DNA from: an uncultured Clostridium sp.
Lineage (GTDB): Bacteria > Bacillota > Clostridia > TANB77 > CAG-508
Reading direction: 5' to 3'
Assembly (NCBI GenBank): GCA_900554175.1
Contig: USGK01000002.1
Location: 31,402 to 95,401, forward strand
DNA: 64,000 nucleotides
Shown piece after piece: positions 37,445 through 49,500 of the stretch. Position 1 is the stretch's first letter. Every line of letters begins with the position of its first letter. Under the pieces are notes generated by a model. The model ran no database searches. It saw only the letters and a program-made list of their open reading frames with translations, and had not been told where the DNA came from. The position numbers were made by a program, and so were the translations under genes.

Positions 37445-40024
37445 TTACTTTTCAATCCATTTGACTAAATCTAAATTTTCACTGTCTAAAAGCATTTCAT
37501 GAACTGGCATAACTCTGAATGTATATCCATAATTTCCACCAGTTTCTAAAGATATTTTAGCACTGTATTTATATCTTCTATATTCTTCTTCTTTACTAAT
37601 TAATTTCATTGGTACTATTTTTATATCTTCAACTCTACCATCATCTGAAATTTTTCCACAATATACTTCAACTCTTATGTTGTCTACACTTATATTTGGT
37701 AAAGTAACTTTACAAGTAACCTCAATTTTTTCTCCTGCATCTATTTTTACGTTTTCAGGATTATCTGATTGTTCTATTAATATATTTTGCCAGTTTTGCT
37801 TCATATCTTTTTTCCAGTTAACAAATTGAATTACATTTTCTAAATCTTTGAAATACTTGTTAGTATTTTCAATTAGAGGCATATATAATTTTTCCATATA
37901 ATCTACAAGCATTCTAGCTGTGCTATATTTTCCACCTGTAGTTATAATTGAATTTTTCATTATTTCCATCCACTTTTCTGAATATGTGTCATCGGATTCT
38001 CTATCATAAAAGGCTGGTATTATTTTATTCTCTAACGTGTTATATATACTCATACTATCTGCTCTATCTTGATCTTGATATGATGCGTATTCTTCATTTG
38101 TTCCAATAACCCATCCATTTGTTTGATCATATCCTTCAGCCCACCATCCATCTGATACGCTGAAATTTACAACACCATTTACAGATGCTTTTTGTCCACT
38201 TGTTCCAGATGCTTCCATTGGTCTTCTTGGAGTATTTAACCATACATCTACTCCACTTACTAAATATCTTGACATTGCCATATTATAGTTTTCCAACAAG
38301 AAAATCTTTCCTTTAAATTGTGGTTTTAATGATAATTCATGTATATTTTTTATTAAATCTTGCCCTTCTTTATCTGCTGGATGAGCCTTTCCTGCAAATA
38401 ATATTCTTACAGGTCGCTCTGTATTATTTAATATTTCTGTTATTCTTTCTAAGTCGTTAAATATTAAAGTTGCTCTTTTATATGTAGCAAATCTTCTTGC
38501 AAATCCAATTATTAAATCATTTGTTGAAAGTTCTGATGTAATTTGTCTAATTTCATCATAATTAATGCCTGCTTTTCTTAATCTTTCTGTTGTATTTTGT
38601 TTTACCAAATCTATTAATTTTTGCTTTCTTTCAATATGTGCTGCCCATAATTCATCATTTGGTATATTTTTTATTCTTTTCCATGTTTCATCTAAATAAA
38701 TTCTATCTTGCCAATATGGAGTAGTTGGTGTACATAAATATTTATTATATAATTCTTTTAAGTTTGCTGCAAGCCATGTACATGTATGAATACCATTTGT
38801 TACATACGTAATTGGCGATTCATTTGCTGCTATATTGGGCCATACTTCTCCAAATAGTTCTCTTGAAACTTCTCCATGAAGTTTACTTACTCCATTTTTC
38901 TTTCCTGCTATTTTTAATGCAAAGATTCCCATATTAAAACCTGATTCTAAATCTGTACATGGTTTCATTCCTAATTTTAGGAATTCTTCTTCATCTAAAC
39001 CTAGACGTGGCCAAAAGTCCGAGAAATATCTTATCATTAAATCAAGTGGAAATATATCATTTCCAGCTGGAACAGGTGTATGTGTTGTAAATACAGTTTT
39101 TGATGATGTTATTTCTTTTGCAACTTCAAAAGAAACCTTCTTTTCTTCCATTATATTTTTTATAACTTCTAAAGTTAAAAAAGCAGAATGACCTTCATTC
39201 ATATGATAAATTGTTGGTTTTAATCCCATTATTTTAAGTAGATTTGCTCCTGCCATTCCCAAAATTATTTCTTGTCTTATTCTTGTTTCTTGATTTCCTC
39301 CATATAATTTTAAAGTGGTTTCTCTATCTTCATTTATATTTTTATCTATATCAGAATCAAGCAAATATAATTTAATTCTACCAACATTTATTTGCCATAC
39401 CTTCAAGTAAATCTTTCTACCTAAATATCTAACATATGTTATTAGTTCTTCACCATCTACGTCTTTTACTGGATATATTGGTAAATTCTCTAAATCTATA
39501 TTGCAATATTCTGATTTTTGTACTCCATATCCCTCTATTCTTTGTCTAAAATAACCATTTTTATATAATAAACCTACTCCAACTAATGGAAGTCCTAAAT
39601 CACTTGCAGATTTTAAGTGATCTCCTGATAATATTCCAAGTCCCCCTGAATAAATTGGAATTGTTTGATCTAATCCATATTCTGCTGAAAAATATGCTAT
39701 TAAATCTTTTTTATTCTCTGGATATTTTTTATCAAACCAAGTATCTTTACTTGTCATATAATCTTCAAAATTTTTAGCTATTTTTTCATATTCTTTAACA
39801 AAATTTGGGTCGCTTGCTGCTTTTTCTAATCTAGCTTGCGATACTCTTCTTAGAAATTTTATAGGATTCTTATTTACTGTTTCCCATAAATCTTTATCTA
39901 TTTTCTTTAATAATCTTAGGTATTCTGTATTCCAACTCCACCATAGATTATTTGCTATCTCTTGTAATTTCTCAATATTTTTTGGTAATTGTGGATTAAC
40001 TGTTATTTTATTAAAAATGTACAT
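37445..40024 (-). CDS. glgP: alpha-glucan phosphorylase (GT35, GlgP family with DUF3417-type N-terminus)
   Basis: 859 aa. PLP-lysine region EASGTSGQKASVNG. GGLGILSGDHLKSASD. Confidence 0.9.
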   Translation of the reverse strand: MYIFNKITVNPQLPKNIEKLQEIANNLWWSWNTEYLRLLKKIDKDLWETVNKNPIKFLRRVSQARLEKAASDPNFVKEYEKIAKNFEDYMTSKDTWFDKKYPENKKDLIAYFSAEYGLDQTIPIYSGGLGILSGDHLKSASDLGLPLVGVGLLYKNGYFRQRIEGYGVQKSEYCNIDLENLPIYPVKDVDGEELITYVRYLGRKIYLKVWQINVGRIKLYLLDSDIDKNINEDRETTLKLYGGNQETRIRQEIILGMAGANLLKIMGLKPTIYHMNEGHSAFLTLEVIKNIMEEKKVSFEVAKEITSSKTVFTTHTPVPAGNDIFPLDLMIRYFSDFWPRLGLDEEEFLKLGMKPCTDLESGFNMGIFALKIAGKKNGVSKLHGEVSRELFGEVWPNIAANESPITYVTNGIHTCTWLAANLKELYNKYLCTPTTPYWQDRIYLDETWKRIKNIPNDELWAAHIERKQKLIDLVKQNTTERLRKAGINYDEIRQITSELSTNDLIIGFARRFATYKRATLIFNDLERITEILNNTERPVRILFAGKAHPADKEGQDLIKNIHELSLKPQFKGKIFLLENYNMAMSRYLVSGVDVWLNTPRRPMEASGTSGQKASVNGVVNFSVSDGWWAEGYDQTNGWVIGTNEEYASYQDQDRADSMSIYNTLENKIIPAFYDRESDDTYSEKWMEIMKNSIITTGGKYSTARMLVDYMEKLYMPLIENTNKYFKDLENVIQFVNWKKDMKQNWQNILIEQSDNPENVKIDAGEKIEVTCKVTLPNISVDNIRVEVYCGKISDDGRVEDIKIVPMKLISKEEEYRRYKYSAKISLETGGNYGYTFRVMPVHEMLLDSENLDLVKWIEK

Positions 40025-40087
40025 TATTTCGTTCCTCCTTGGTATTTTATATATGATATTATCCTCTAAATTATTTTTTTTGTCAAG

Positions 40088-40116
40088 GTATATTATTAAA
40101 AAATCTCACATATAAA
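40088..40116 (+). promoter_or_regulatory. possible sigma-E-type promoter for spoIVA
   Basis: GTATATT, 14 nt spacer, CATATAAA resembles the mother-cell sigma-E consensus (ATATT / CATACA-T) as I recall it. About 50 nt upstream of the ATG. Confidence 0.35.
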
Positions 40117-40164
40117 TTTAAAAAAATATTTGTTACTTTTTTAAGTATGTAGGAGGTTAATTAG

Positions 40165-41643
40165 ATGGAAGATTTTGGACTTTATGAAAATATTGCCAAA
40201 AGAACTGATGGTGATATATATGTTGGTGTTGTCGGTCCAGTAAGAACTGGAAAATCAACATTTATAAAAAAATTTATGGATTTACTTGTAATTCCAAATA
40301 TTGATAATGATTACAAAAAAGAACGTGCAAAAGATGAATTGCCACAAAGTGCTGGTGGAAAAACAATTATGACAACAGAACCAAAATTTGTACCTAATGA
40401 AGCTATTGATATTACTATAAATGAAAATTTAAAGTTAAAAACAAGACTTGTTGATTGTGTTGGGTATCTAGTTCCAAATAGTATTGGTTATCTAGAAGAT
40501 GGAAAACCTAGAATGGTTAAAACTCCTTGGTTTAATGATGAAATTCCTTTTGAACAAGCAGCTGAAATTGGAACCAAAAAAGTAATTGAAGAGCATTCAA
40601 CTATTGGAATTTTAATTACAACAGATGGTTCAATTACAGAAATACCACGTGATGATTATATAAAAGCTGAAGAACGTGTTGCTAAAGAATTAAAAGCACT
40701 TAATAAACCATTTATTATATTACTTAATTGTGCAGATCCACATAGCATGGAATCTTTAAAACTTGCCAATAATTTAAGTGATAAATATAATAAAACTGTC
40801 ATACCAGTAAATTGTGCTGAATTAAATAATGATGATATTACAAATATATTTTCAAAAATGTTATATGAGTTCCCTGTAAGTCAAATCAATTTCAAATTAC
40901 CAAAATGGATTAACGCTCTTGATTTGTCTCATCCATTAAAAACCCAAATTTTTAGTGAAATAAAAAATGCTTTTGATGATATATCTATTTTAAAAAGTGC
41001 CTCAAGTTGTGCTGAAAAAATTTCAAATTCAGAAGTCATTACAAGTACCAATGTTGATAACATTGAGCTTGGTACAGGAAACATAAATGTATCAATTACA
41101 CTCAAAGATAATTTATTTTATAAAGTATTAACAGAAATGACTGGTGTAGAAATCCAAAATGAAAGCGATTTATTTAGTATAATTACAGAACTTTCTCAAA
41201 TTAAGACAAAATATAGTAAAATTTCTACTGCCTTAGATGAAGTTGACCGTAAAGGTTATGGAATAGTTACTCCTTCTATTGATGATTTAATATTAGATGA
41301 ACCTGAAATGGTAAAACAAGGTTCAAGATTTGGTGTAAAATTAAAAGCAACTGCTCCTTCATTGCATATAATAAAAGCTAATATCGAAACTGAAGTTTCT
41401 CCTATTGTGGGTTCTGAAAAACAATCCGAAGATTTAGTAAATTATTTACTTTCAGAATTTGAAAATGATCCTAAAAAAATTTGGAACTCTAATATATTTG
41501 GAAAAAATCTACATGAACTTGTAAATGAAGGTCTTCAAACTAAACTCTCAAAAATGCCTGAAGAAGCTCAACTAAAACTTCAGGAAACGCTTGAAAGAAT
41601 TGTAAATGAGGGCAGTGGAGGATTAATCTGTATTATTTTATAA
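40165..41643 (+). CDS. spoIVA: stage IV sporulation protein A
   Basis: 492 aa. IYVGVVGPVRTGKSTFIKKFM Walker A. Conserved C-terminus GSGGLICIIL. GGAGG RBS. Confidence 0.95.
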   Translation: MEDFGLYENIAKRTDGDIYVGVVGPVRTGKSTFIKKFMDLLVIPNIDNDYKKERAKDELPQSAGGKTIMTTEPKFVPNEAIDITINENLKLKTRLVDCVGYLVPNSIGYLEDGKPRMVKTPWFNDEIPFEQAAEIGTKKVIEEHSTIGILITTDGSITEIPRDDYIKAEERVAKELKALNKPFIILLNCADPHSMESLKLANNLSDKYNKTVIPVNCAELNNDDITNIFSKMLYEFPVSQINFKLPKWINALDLSHPLKTQIFSEIKNAFDDISILKSASSCAEKISNSEVITSTNVDNIELGTGNINVSITLKDNLFYKVLTEMTGVEIQNESDLFSIITELSQIKTKYSKISTALDEVDRKGYGIVTPSIDDLILDEPEMVKQGSRFGVKLKATAPSLHIIKANIETEVSPIVGSEKQSEDLVNYLLSEFENDPKKIWNSNIFGKNLHELVNEGLQTKLSKMPEEAQLKLQETLERIVNEGSGGLICIIL

Positions 41644-41723
41644 TTAATTTTTATGAATTTTAATAAACAACAGAAAGAGCTTTACAAAACGTAAAACTCT
41701 TTCATTTTTTAATCAGAATACAA

Positions 41724-42251
41724 TTACTTTATAGTATCGGGGATTATTGGTTTGCATCGAGAATCCCCAAATTCTCTAAATTGCTCTGGGAATTTTATAT
41801 CATCCCCTAAAATAGAACATTCAAACATTCTAAAAGCGAATTCATTTGAATAATTGTGCCACATTACAAAATAGCATACATCATCCTCAAGAATGAGAAA
41901 ATTACCTTTCTGTTTCTTAATTTTCTTTTTTATAGGAATTAAGTTAACAAAGCCTGATATATAATATCCTTCTCTTATATTACCTTTTATATGCCAAAAA
42001 TTTATAATTGGCACACATTTTTCAGCAGACCTTTCAAATTCCTTATAATCTGGATGAGGATCTTTTATTTTGAACACTTCTCCTGTTTCAAGAATTTTAA
42101 CGCAATTTCTTTCTACAATACAAACTTCTGCCCGTATTGTTTTTTCCTGGAGATCTCCTATCAAAAGATATCTTTGTCCTACAAATGGTATCTGCCATTT
42201 TCTTCTATTATCTACCGATGCAAGAATATAATTTTTAATTGTTGTCACCAA
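41724..42251 (-). CDS. hypothetical protein (175 aa)
   Basis: TTG start 6 nt after AGGAGG. No family recognised. Confidence 0.45.
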   Translation of the reverse strand: MVTTIKNYILASVDNRRKWQIPFVGQRYLLIGDLQEKTIRAEVCIVERNCVKILETGEVFKIKDPHPDYKEFERSAEKCVPIINFWHIKGNIREGYYISGFVNLIPIKKKIKKQKGNFLILEDDVCYFVMWHNYSNEFAFRMFECSILGDDIKFPEQFREFGDSRCKPIIPDTIK

Positions 42252-42376
42252 AGACTCCTCCTTTTAACTTTCTGATTTTTTATAAGCTATTAGCTTCTGA
42301 CCTTAAGCTCTTGGCTTATGCGATTTTTCATTTTACCATTTTTTACCATTTTTGTCAATACAAATTTTCTTTTTTA

Positions 42377-43336
42377 TTAATTAAGCATATCTTTCCTTTT
42401 TAACCACATTGTTATTAAAATAGTCATAAAAACCGCTATCAAAATCATTATTATAAATCCAAAAGGACTATTTTCAAAAGGTAGTGCAACATTCATCCCC
42501 CAAAAACTAGAAATCATAGTAGGAACTGCTAAAATAATAGTAATAGATGTTAAAAATTTCATTACTCCATTCAAGTTATTCGAAATAATAGAAGCATATG
42601 CATCCATAGTCCCATTTAAAATATCACTATAAATTTTAGACATCTCTATTGCTTGTTTATTTTCAGTAATAGCATCTTCTAGTATATCTTCATCCTCATC
42701 GTAAAGTTTTATTATTTTTCCTCTTAATGTTCTTTCCATTACAGCTTCATTTGAACGTATTGATGTTGTAAAATAAACCAAACTCTTGTCCAAACTTAAT
42801 AATTTAAGTAGCTCTTGATTTTTCATAGAGGCCTTAAGAGTTGTTTCCGCTTTTTCAGTTTCTTTATTTATTCTTTTTAAGTAATTCAAATAATATGATG
42901 AATTTAAATATAATATTTGAAAAATAAATCTTGTTTTTTTATAAGTTTGAAAATTTTTTACTTTTTTACTTTCAAAACTTTGTATTACAGGATTTTTTTG
43001 AAGAGCAACTGTTATAAAAAAATCATCTCTTACTATAATCATTCCCAGTGGCATTGTAGAATACATATAATCGTCTTGACTCTTTTCAATTATTGGTACA
43101 TCAACGACAAAAAGTGTGGTATTATCATCTTCTTCAGTGTCAATTCTAGCTTTTTCTTCGAAATCTAATGCGTCTTTTATAAATCCATCTTGAATATTTA
43201 TATTTTCACATACTTTCTTTATTTCCTCTTCTGACGGTGCAATTAAATTTATCCAACTTCCTTTTTTAAATTCATTAATTTCTTCTAATTGATTAGTTTC
43301 AACATTTGTATTATATATTTTTAACATCTTTTTCAC
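42377..43336 (-). CDS. corA: CorA-family magnesium/cobalt transporter
   Basis: 319 aa. Two C-terminal TMs with the signature FWGMNV. Confidence 0.85.
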   Translation of the reverse strand: MKKMLKIYNTNVETNQLEEINEFKKGSWINLIAPSEEEIKKVCENINIQDGFIKDALDFEEKARIDTEEDDNTTLFVVDVPIIEKSQDDYMYSTMPLGMIIVRDDFFITVALQKNPVIQSFESKKVKNFQTYKKTRFIFQILYLNSSYYLNYLKRINKETEKAETTLKASMKNQELLKLLSLDKSLVYFTTSIRSNEAVMERTLRGKIIKLYDEDEDILEDAITENKQAIEMSKIYSDILNGTMDAYASIISNNLNGVMKFLTSITIILAVPTMISSFWGMNVALPFENSPFGFIIMILIAVFMTILITMWLKRKDMLN

Positions 43337-43438
43337 CCCTGATTTTTTATTTCAACTTTCTTTGATTTTAACAATTTTTGTTTTAAAAGTAAATACTATT
43401 TTTTGTTTTTCTACTATTAGTTTGAAATTAAATTAAAC

Positions 43439-43510
43439 AACATTAATTAATTTCAAAAAAGTTATAATTCTTCTTAAAACAAGAGCATATTTTTGAAATT
43501 AATTAATGTT
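43439..43510. repeat. perfect 21-bp inverted repeat with 30-nt spacer
   Basis: AACATTAATTAATTTCAAAAA (43439-43459) is the exact reverse complement of 43490-43510. A third partial copy, TTGAAATTAA, lies at 43422-43431. Confidence 0.85.
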
Positions 43511-43534
43511 AAAACTTACTTACTAAATTTTATT

Positions 43535-46500
43535 TTATATTTCAACTTCTACATTAAAAATTTTACCACTTCCATCTAGATAAATCTCATTTTTTGCATC
43601 TTTACCATTAACTAGTACTTTTGTTACTCCTCCATTCTTATGGTTTAAGTTTTTTATTTTTATATTATAAATGCTGTCTTTATATTTATATCTAATACTA
43701 TATTCTTTCCAGCCTTTTGGAATACATGGCGAGAATTTTATCTTGTTGTTCTCAATTCTAAATCCTAAAATATATTCAATTCCTGCTTGATAATACCAAC
43801 TACTAGAACCTGTATACCATGTCCATCCACCCATTCCAGCTAAGTTTTTAGCTCCATATATATCTGCTGCAATAACATAAGGTTCCACTTTATACTTCTC
43901 TGCTTCTTCTTTTGTTCTTGAATGTTCTATTGGGTTAATCATTCTATATAATTCAATGGCTTTATCCCCAAACCCTAATAATGCTTCTGCAATAATAGCC
44001 CAACAACTTCCATGTGTATATTGTCCACCATTTTCTCTAACTCCAGGTACATAAGCTTTAATATATCCTGGATTCAAATCTCCTTTATCAAAAGGTGGAT
44101 CTAATAATTTTATTATTCCATTTTTTTTATCAACTAAATAATTTTCTAGATTTTCCATAGAAATAAATTTTTTATCATTATCACCAGCTCCTGAAATCAC
44201 TGACCAACTCTGAGCTATTCCATCAATTCTACATTCATCGTTTTCTATCGTACCTAAAACCTTTCCATCATCTGTAAAAGCTCTTTTATACCATCTTCCG
44301 TCCCATGCTACAGTATTCAAAGCCTTCTTTAGTTCCTCTGAAATCTCTTCATATCTTTTTGCAAGTTCAAAATCTTTTCTTAATTTACATATCGGTATAA
44401 ATTTTTTCAAAATATCATATAAGAAAAACCCAAGCCAAACGCTTTCTCCTATTCCTTTTACTCCAACATTACTAAAACCGTCATTCCAATCTCCAGAACC
44501 AATTTTAGGTAATTTTCTTTTACCAAAATTTAGAGATTTATTTATTGCTTTTATACAATGATTATATAAACTTTCTTTTATATCTGTTTCTAAATACAAG
44601 TCATATCTTTCATCTTGATCTTCTTGCAAAATATCACCTTTTAAAAATGGAAGTTCTATATCTAAAATTTCATAGTCTCCGGTTACTTTTATATATTCTT
44701 CTGTGACATATACAAGCCAAAGTAAATCATCTGAAAATTTAGTTCTGATTCCTCTTGATGTTTCTTCATGCCACCAATGTTCAACATCTCCTTCTATAAA
44801 CTGATGCTTGCTGTGCAATAAAATTTGTCTTTTCATTCTTTCTGGTAAAGAATACTTTAAAGCCAATGTATCTTGAAGTTGATCTCTAAATCCATATGCT
44901 CCACCTGATTGATAGAATCCGGATTTAGCAAGAAGTCTACTCGATATAGTTTGATATAAACACCAACCATTTAAAAATATATTTAAAGATTCCAATTCAG
45001 TGTATACCTGTAATTTTTCTAATACTTCTTTCCAATTATTTTTTACTGCATCCAATTCTTGTTTGCAAATATTAATATCATTATATTTACAAGAATATTC
45101 TTGAATATCTTTATAATTTTCCTCTGCTCCTAAATTAATAACAAATTCCTTTGATGACATACTTTCTAACTCTACTTTAAATTCTATTGCAATACATGGT
45201 TTTGTTCCTATTCCTGAATCATTACTTAATTTATCTCTATTTAATCCATCCGGATTAGATATTCCACCTTTTCCTAAAAATGACTTTTTATCTCCTGTAT
45301 AGCTTTTTATCTTTAAACATGATGATACATATGCCATACTTTTGAAATTTGATTCATACATATTCTGTGCAATTACCAAATTATTTTTTTCGTCAAATTT
45401 CAATTTTATATACTCATTTGATTTTATTTCATCCTCGCCTAAGACCGGTTTTACAAAATAAACAATTTTTATTTTTTTCTTTTTTAAAGTGTTGTTTGTC
45501 AATTTAATTAAATTAATTTTTATTGAATCTTCTTTTGGTACAAATACGGTATTTTCCTGTAAAATCCCGTTTGATTCATGAATATATTTTGCATATCCAA
45601 ATCCAAAAATTGACATATAATTATTCTCATCTGGTATCGGATTTTGCCCCAAAGACCATGTTTCTCCTGTTTCCTCATCTTGAATATATATTATTTCAGA
45701 AGGTATATCTAAAAATGCATTATTTTCCCAAACAGATATCCTATTCAATCTGCAATTCTTATACCATGTATACCCCCCCATACTTTCAGTTACAACGGTT
45801 CCAAATTTTTCATTTGCTAAAATATGACTCCATACTGTTGGTAATTTATTATTTTTATTTGATTTAATTAAATATTCTTTTCCTGATGGAGAAAAAGCTC
45901 CATATTCATTAAAATATTTTTTATTTTCTTCTTTTAAAATGTCTATATTTTGTATATTATCTTTATTAATTACTGATGTATGTTTGATTTTTTGTGATTC
46001 TTGCTTAGTTTTTAAATATTCTTCTTCTAGATCTTTTATTACATATTCTAAATCACCTTTTTTTGCATCTATACAAATACTTGAAGCAAATTCAAAAAGT
46101 TTCATATCTTCATTCTTAATTTCGTCTTTTGAAAATACGAATATCCCACCTCTTATATTTTTCTTATATGCTAAATGACTATCTAAAATTTTGCTTTCAA
46201 TTTCTTCTCTTACATATCTTTCTCCTACACTTTTTTCCTCATCTATAAGAACAATGTCTACTTCCATATTTTTAGTCAATATAAATTCATATAATTTTAA
46301 AACTGTATTTACAACATAAATATCATTTGCATCCTTTATTTTTAAAACTATTATTGGTAAATCTCCTGAAATTCCATATTTCCAAAAGTCTTCTCTATTA
46401 TAAACTTTTGTAGTATCTTTAATGAAATTTTTCTTTAATGGATTTTCAAAAATAATATAAGACAATATTTTTTCAAATAAATTTATTTGTTTTCCTTTTA

Positions 46501-49500
46501 TTTGAAGGTATCTGCTCTCTGCTTCACTATTTGCTTTAGAAATTTCAAATGTTCTTTTTACATTTTCTATATTTTTATATTTAGTAAGATGTTCTTTTGC
46601 TTTTTCTCTATCTTCTGAAATTGAAATAATTAAATCAACACTTTTTTTCTCATTTGGTGCTAATTTTATTGTTTTTCTCATTGCAACTACAGGTTCTGTA
46701 GTTAATCCAACTTTATTTGAAAACGGAATTGATTTTTTTATTTTATATGGAATATCTAATTCTCCCCTTACTTGTAGTTTTTCTTTATCTGTTTCAAACT
46801 CGTTATCCACTAAAACTGTTGCATCTGTTGAAAACATTGCTTCCAAAAACATTTCTTTTTCATTGTTTCCACGTTTTCTTCTTTTTACCTCTAAGATTTT
46901 TTCATTTTCATCATAATCCATCATCAAAAATAAACTATTAAAACTTGGATGTGCATAATCTTGTTCTTTACTAGAAAGTATAGGTTCAAATTTACAAGAA
47001 ACTTCTAAACTCTCTTCAGTATTTCCTATATTTTCTAATTCCAACCTTCTTATTTCTACCGCTTCTTCCTGGTCTAAAACCATTCTTAATTTAGTTTTAA
47101 TGTTTCCTTCAACTCTTTCAAACTTTACTTGATCTGGCATAAAAAACACTTTTGAATTTTCCTTTGTTACATTAACTGCTTTTTTGGATTTCACATTTTT
47201 TATAAAAAATAAAATTCCTTGCATATAATCTTCTGTAATTTTAAATCTATTTACATAAATATTTTTGTATTTACTAAAACCTTCACCAAATTGATTTATG
47301 GCTACAGTATATTTTTCATTTGAAATCACATTTCCTCTAGTTATCCTATTGTCATCATTATTATATACTGCAGAAGTATAATTTTCATAATCTTTATATT
47401 TTAACTTTTCTAATTTTTCTTTTTGTTCCTTTGTTGTTATAAATGTCTCAGGCATCCTTTCTTGTAATAATATCTCATTTGCTTTTATTTCCGGATTTAA
47501 AGAAAATCTTTTTTGTAAGATATTTTTATTTATTAAATTATTTATTGAAAGCAATATCAATCCTTGATGATGTGCCATATAGGTTTTTACAACACTAAAA
47601 GTCTCGTTTTTCTTTTGCCTACTTGGTGTAAAATCTATACTTTCATAAAATCCATATTTGTTATACATACCATATTCTTTTAACAACATCAAGTTTTGGA
47701 CTACTTCTTTAGGTTTATCTAAAATTGCTAAAATAGATGCGTAACTTGACACAACCATTTCATCTGCTAGTCCTCTTTTTAGTCCTAGCCAAGGAATTCC
47801 AAAAGCTTTATACTGATAATTATGGTGTAAATCTTTTAAATTAAATGCTGATTCAGATATTCCCCATGGTATATTTAATTTCTTAGAATATTCAATTTGA
47901 CTCATTAATGCAAATTTACATGATTCATCTAATAAACTTCCTTCATATCTTTTTATATTTATATTAGGCATCATATATTCAAAAGCTGTTCCTGACCATG
48001 AAATTAACCCTTTTCTATTATTTAATATGGTAAGTGTTCTATTTAAGCAATTCCAATGTTTTGTTGGTACATCTTTTTTAGCTATAGCTATAAAACTTGC
48101 TTGTCTTGCTTCAGATGCAAGCAAATCATAATATGAATCTGTAAGTTTATTTTCTTCTATATTAAATCCTATTGAAAATAATCTATTTTTTTCACTATAT
48201 AAATATGAAAATTCAGCATTATCAATCATATTCGTAATAATTTCTATTAAATCTTTAATACAATCAAATTCATCTTCTAAGCCAATTAAATAAACTTTCA
48301 AAACAAATAAATATCCAATAAAATTACCACTATCTACTGTTGAAATATATCTAGGATATAATGGCTTTTTAGTCTTAATGTCGTACCAATTATATAAATG
48401 ACCATGCCACTTTTCCAAACTTTCTATTGAATTGAGCATATTTTTTAATAATTCTATTCCTTCTTCTTTAGAAATAAAATTTAAGTCTATACCTGATACT
48501 ATAGCAAGCAATGACAGACCTATATTAGTTGATGAAGTTCTATCTACATATTCCTTTTTTCTATCATATTGATAATTATCTGGAATTAAATAATTATTTT
48601 CTATTGTTAAATTATCTTTGAAAAATTGGAAAGTCTTACTTGCAATTTCTATACAAAAATCCTTTTCATTATTTGATAAATAATCTACTGCATCTTTTTT
48701 GCCTTTAGTTTTACTTATATTACACATAGCAAATGGTGCTACAATCCACATTATCCCAATTATGAAACTTACTAAATCTTTAAATTTATAGCTTATTGCA
48801 CATATTATAACTCCTGCAATTACATTTATGAACATATTTTTATAATATGAACCAACGTCGTTTTTTGAATTTCTTTCTGCTTCTTCTGATGTTGTCCATT
48901 CTAATAAATTTCTTTTCGAAATAATAAGTCTATATAATGTTTTTAAAATACTTTTTAGAGAAATATAAGCTTTATAAGGAATCACACTTAATGTTAAAGC
49001 TGCTCTTATAATACTTCCTATTATCCCATCAAATTTAGGTAAAAATGTTACTTGTTTTTTTTCTCCATCCTTTTTTTGAATTATATGATTTAGAAACTCT
49101 AAAAAAAATGGCATAATTACTATAAAATACAATAAAATAGTTTTTAGATTTACATTTATTTTATACTTATTTCTAATTATAAACAAAAATACTATTCCAA
49201 AGACTATTGAAATCTCAAATAGACTTCTCCTTAAATTATCAAAAATTTTGTATTTTGATAATAAATTCATTTTTTTATTTTTAAGCCATTCTATAATCTG
49301 CCAATCTCCTCTAATCCATCTAGAAAGCCTAACCATAAAACTTGAGTATTTAGTTGGATAACCATCCATTAATAATATATCTGAGGCTAAACCACATCTC
49401 AAATAATTTCCTTCTAATAAATCATGACTTAAAACTTTATTTTCTGGGATTTCATTTTTTAAAACCTTTAAATAACATTCTAAATTAAAAATTCCCTTAC

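Noticed and set aside
42285-42345. Imperfect palindrome ATAAGC...AGCTT...AAGCT...GCTTAT and TTTTACCATTTT direct repeats between corA and the 175-aa gene
   Set aside because: Most simply this is the corA terminator or inter-cistronic structure. The minus-strand tail is A-rich, not U-rich, and I saw no conserved motif, so I did not call it.
43337-43534. Mg2+ (M-box) riboswitch upstream of corA
   Set aside because: The leader is almost pure A/T and lacks the G-rich conserved cores I associate with M-box RNAs. Only the 21-bp inverted repeat is notable.
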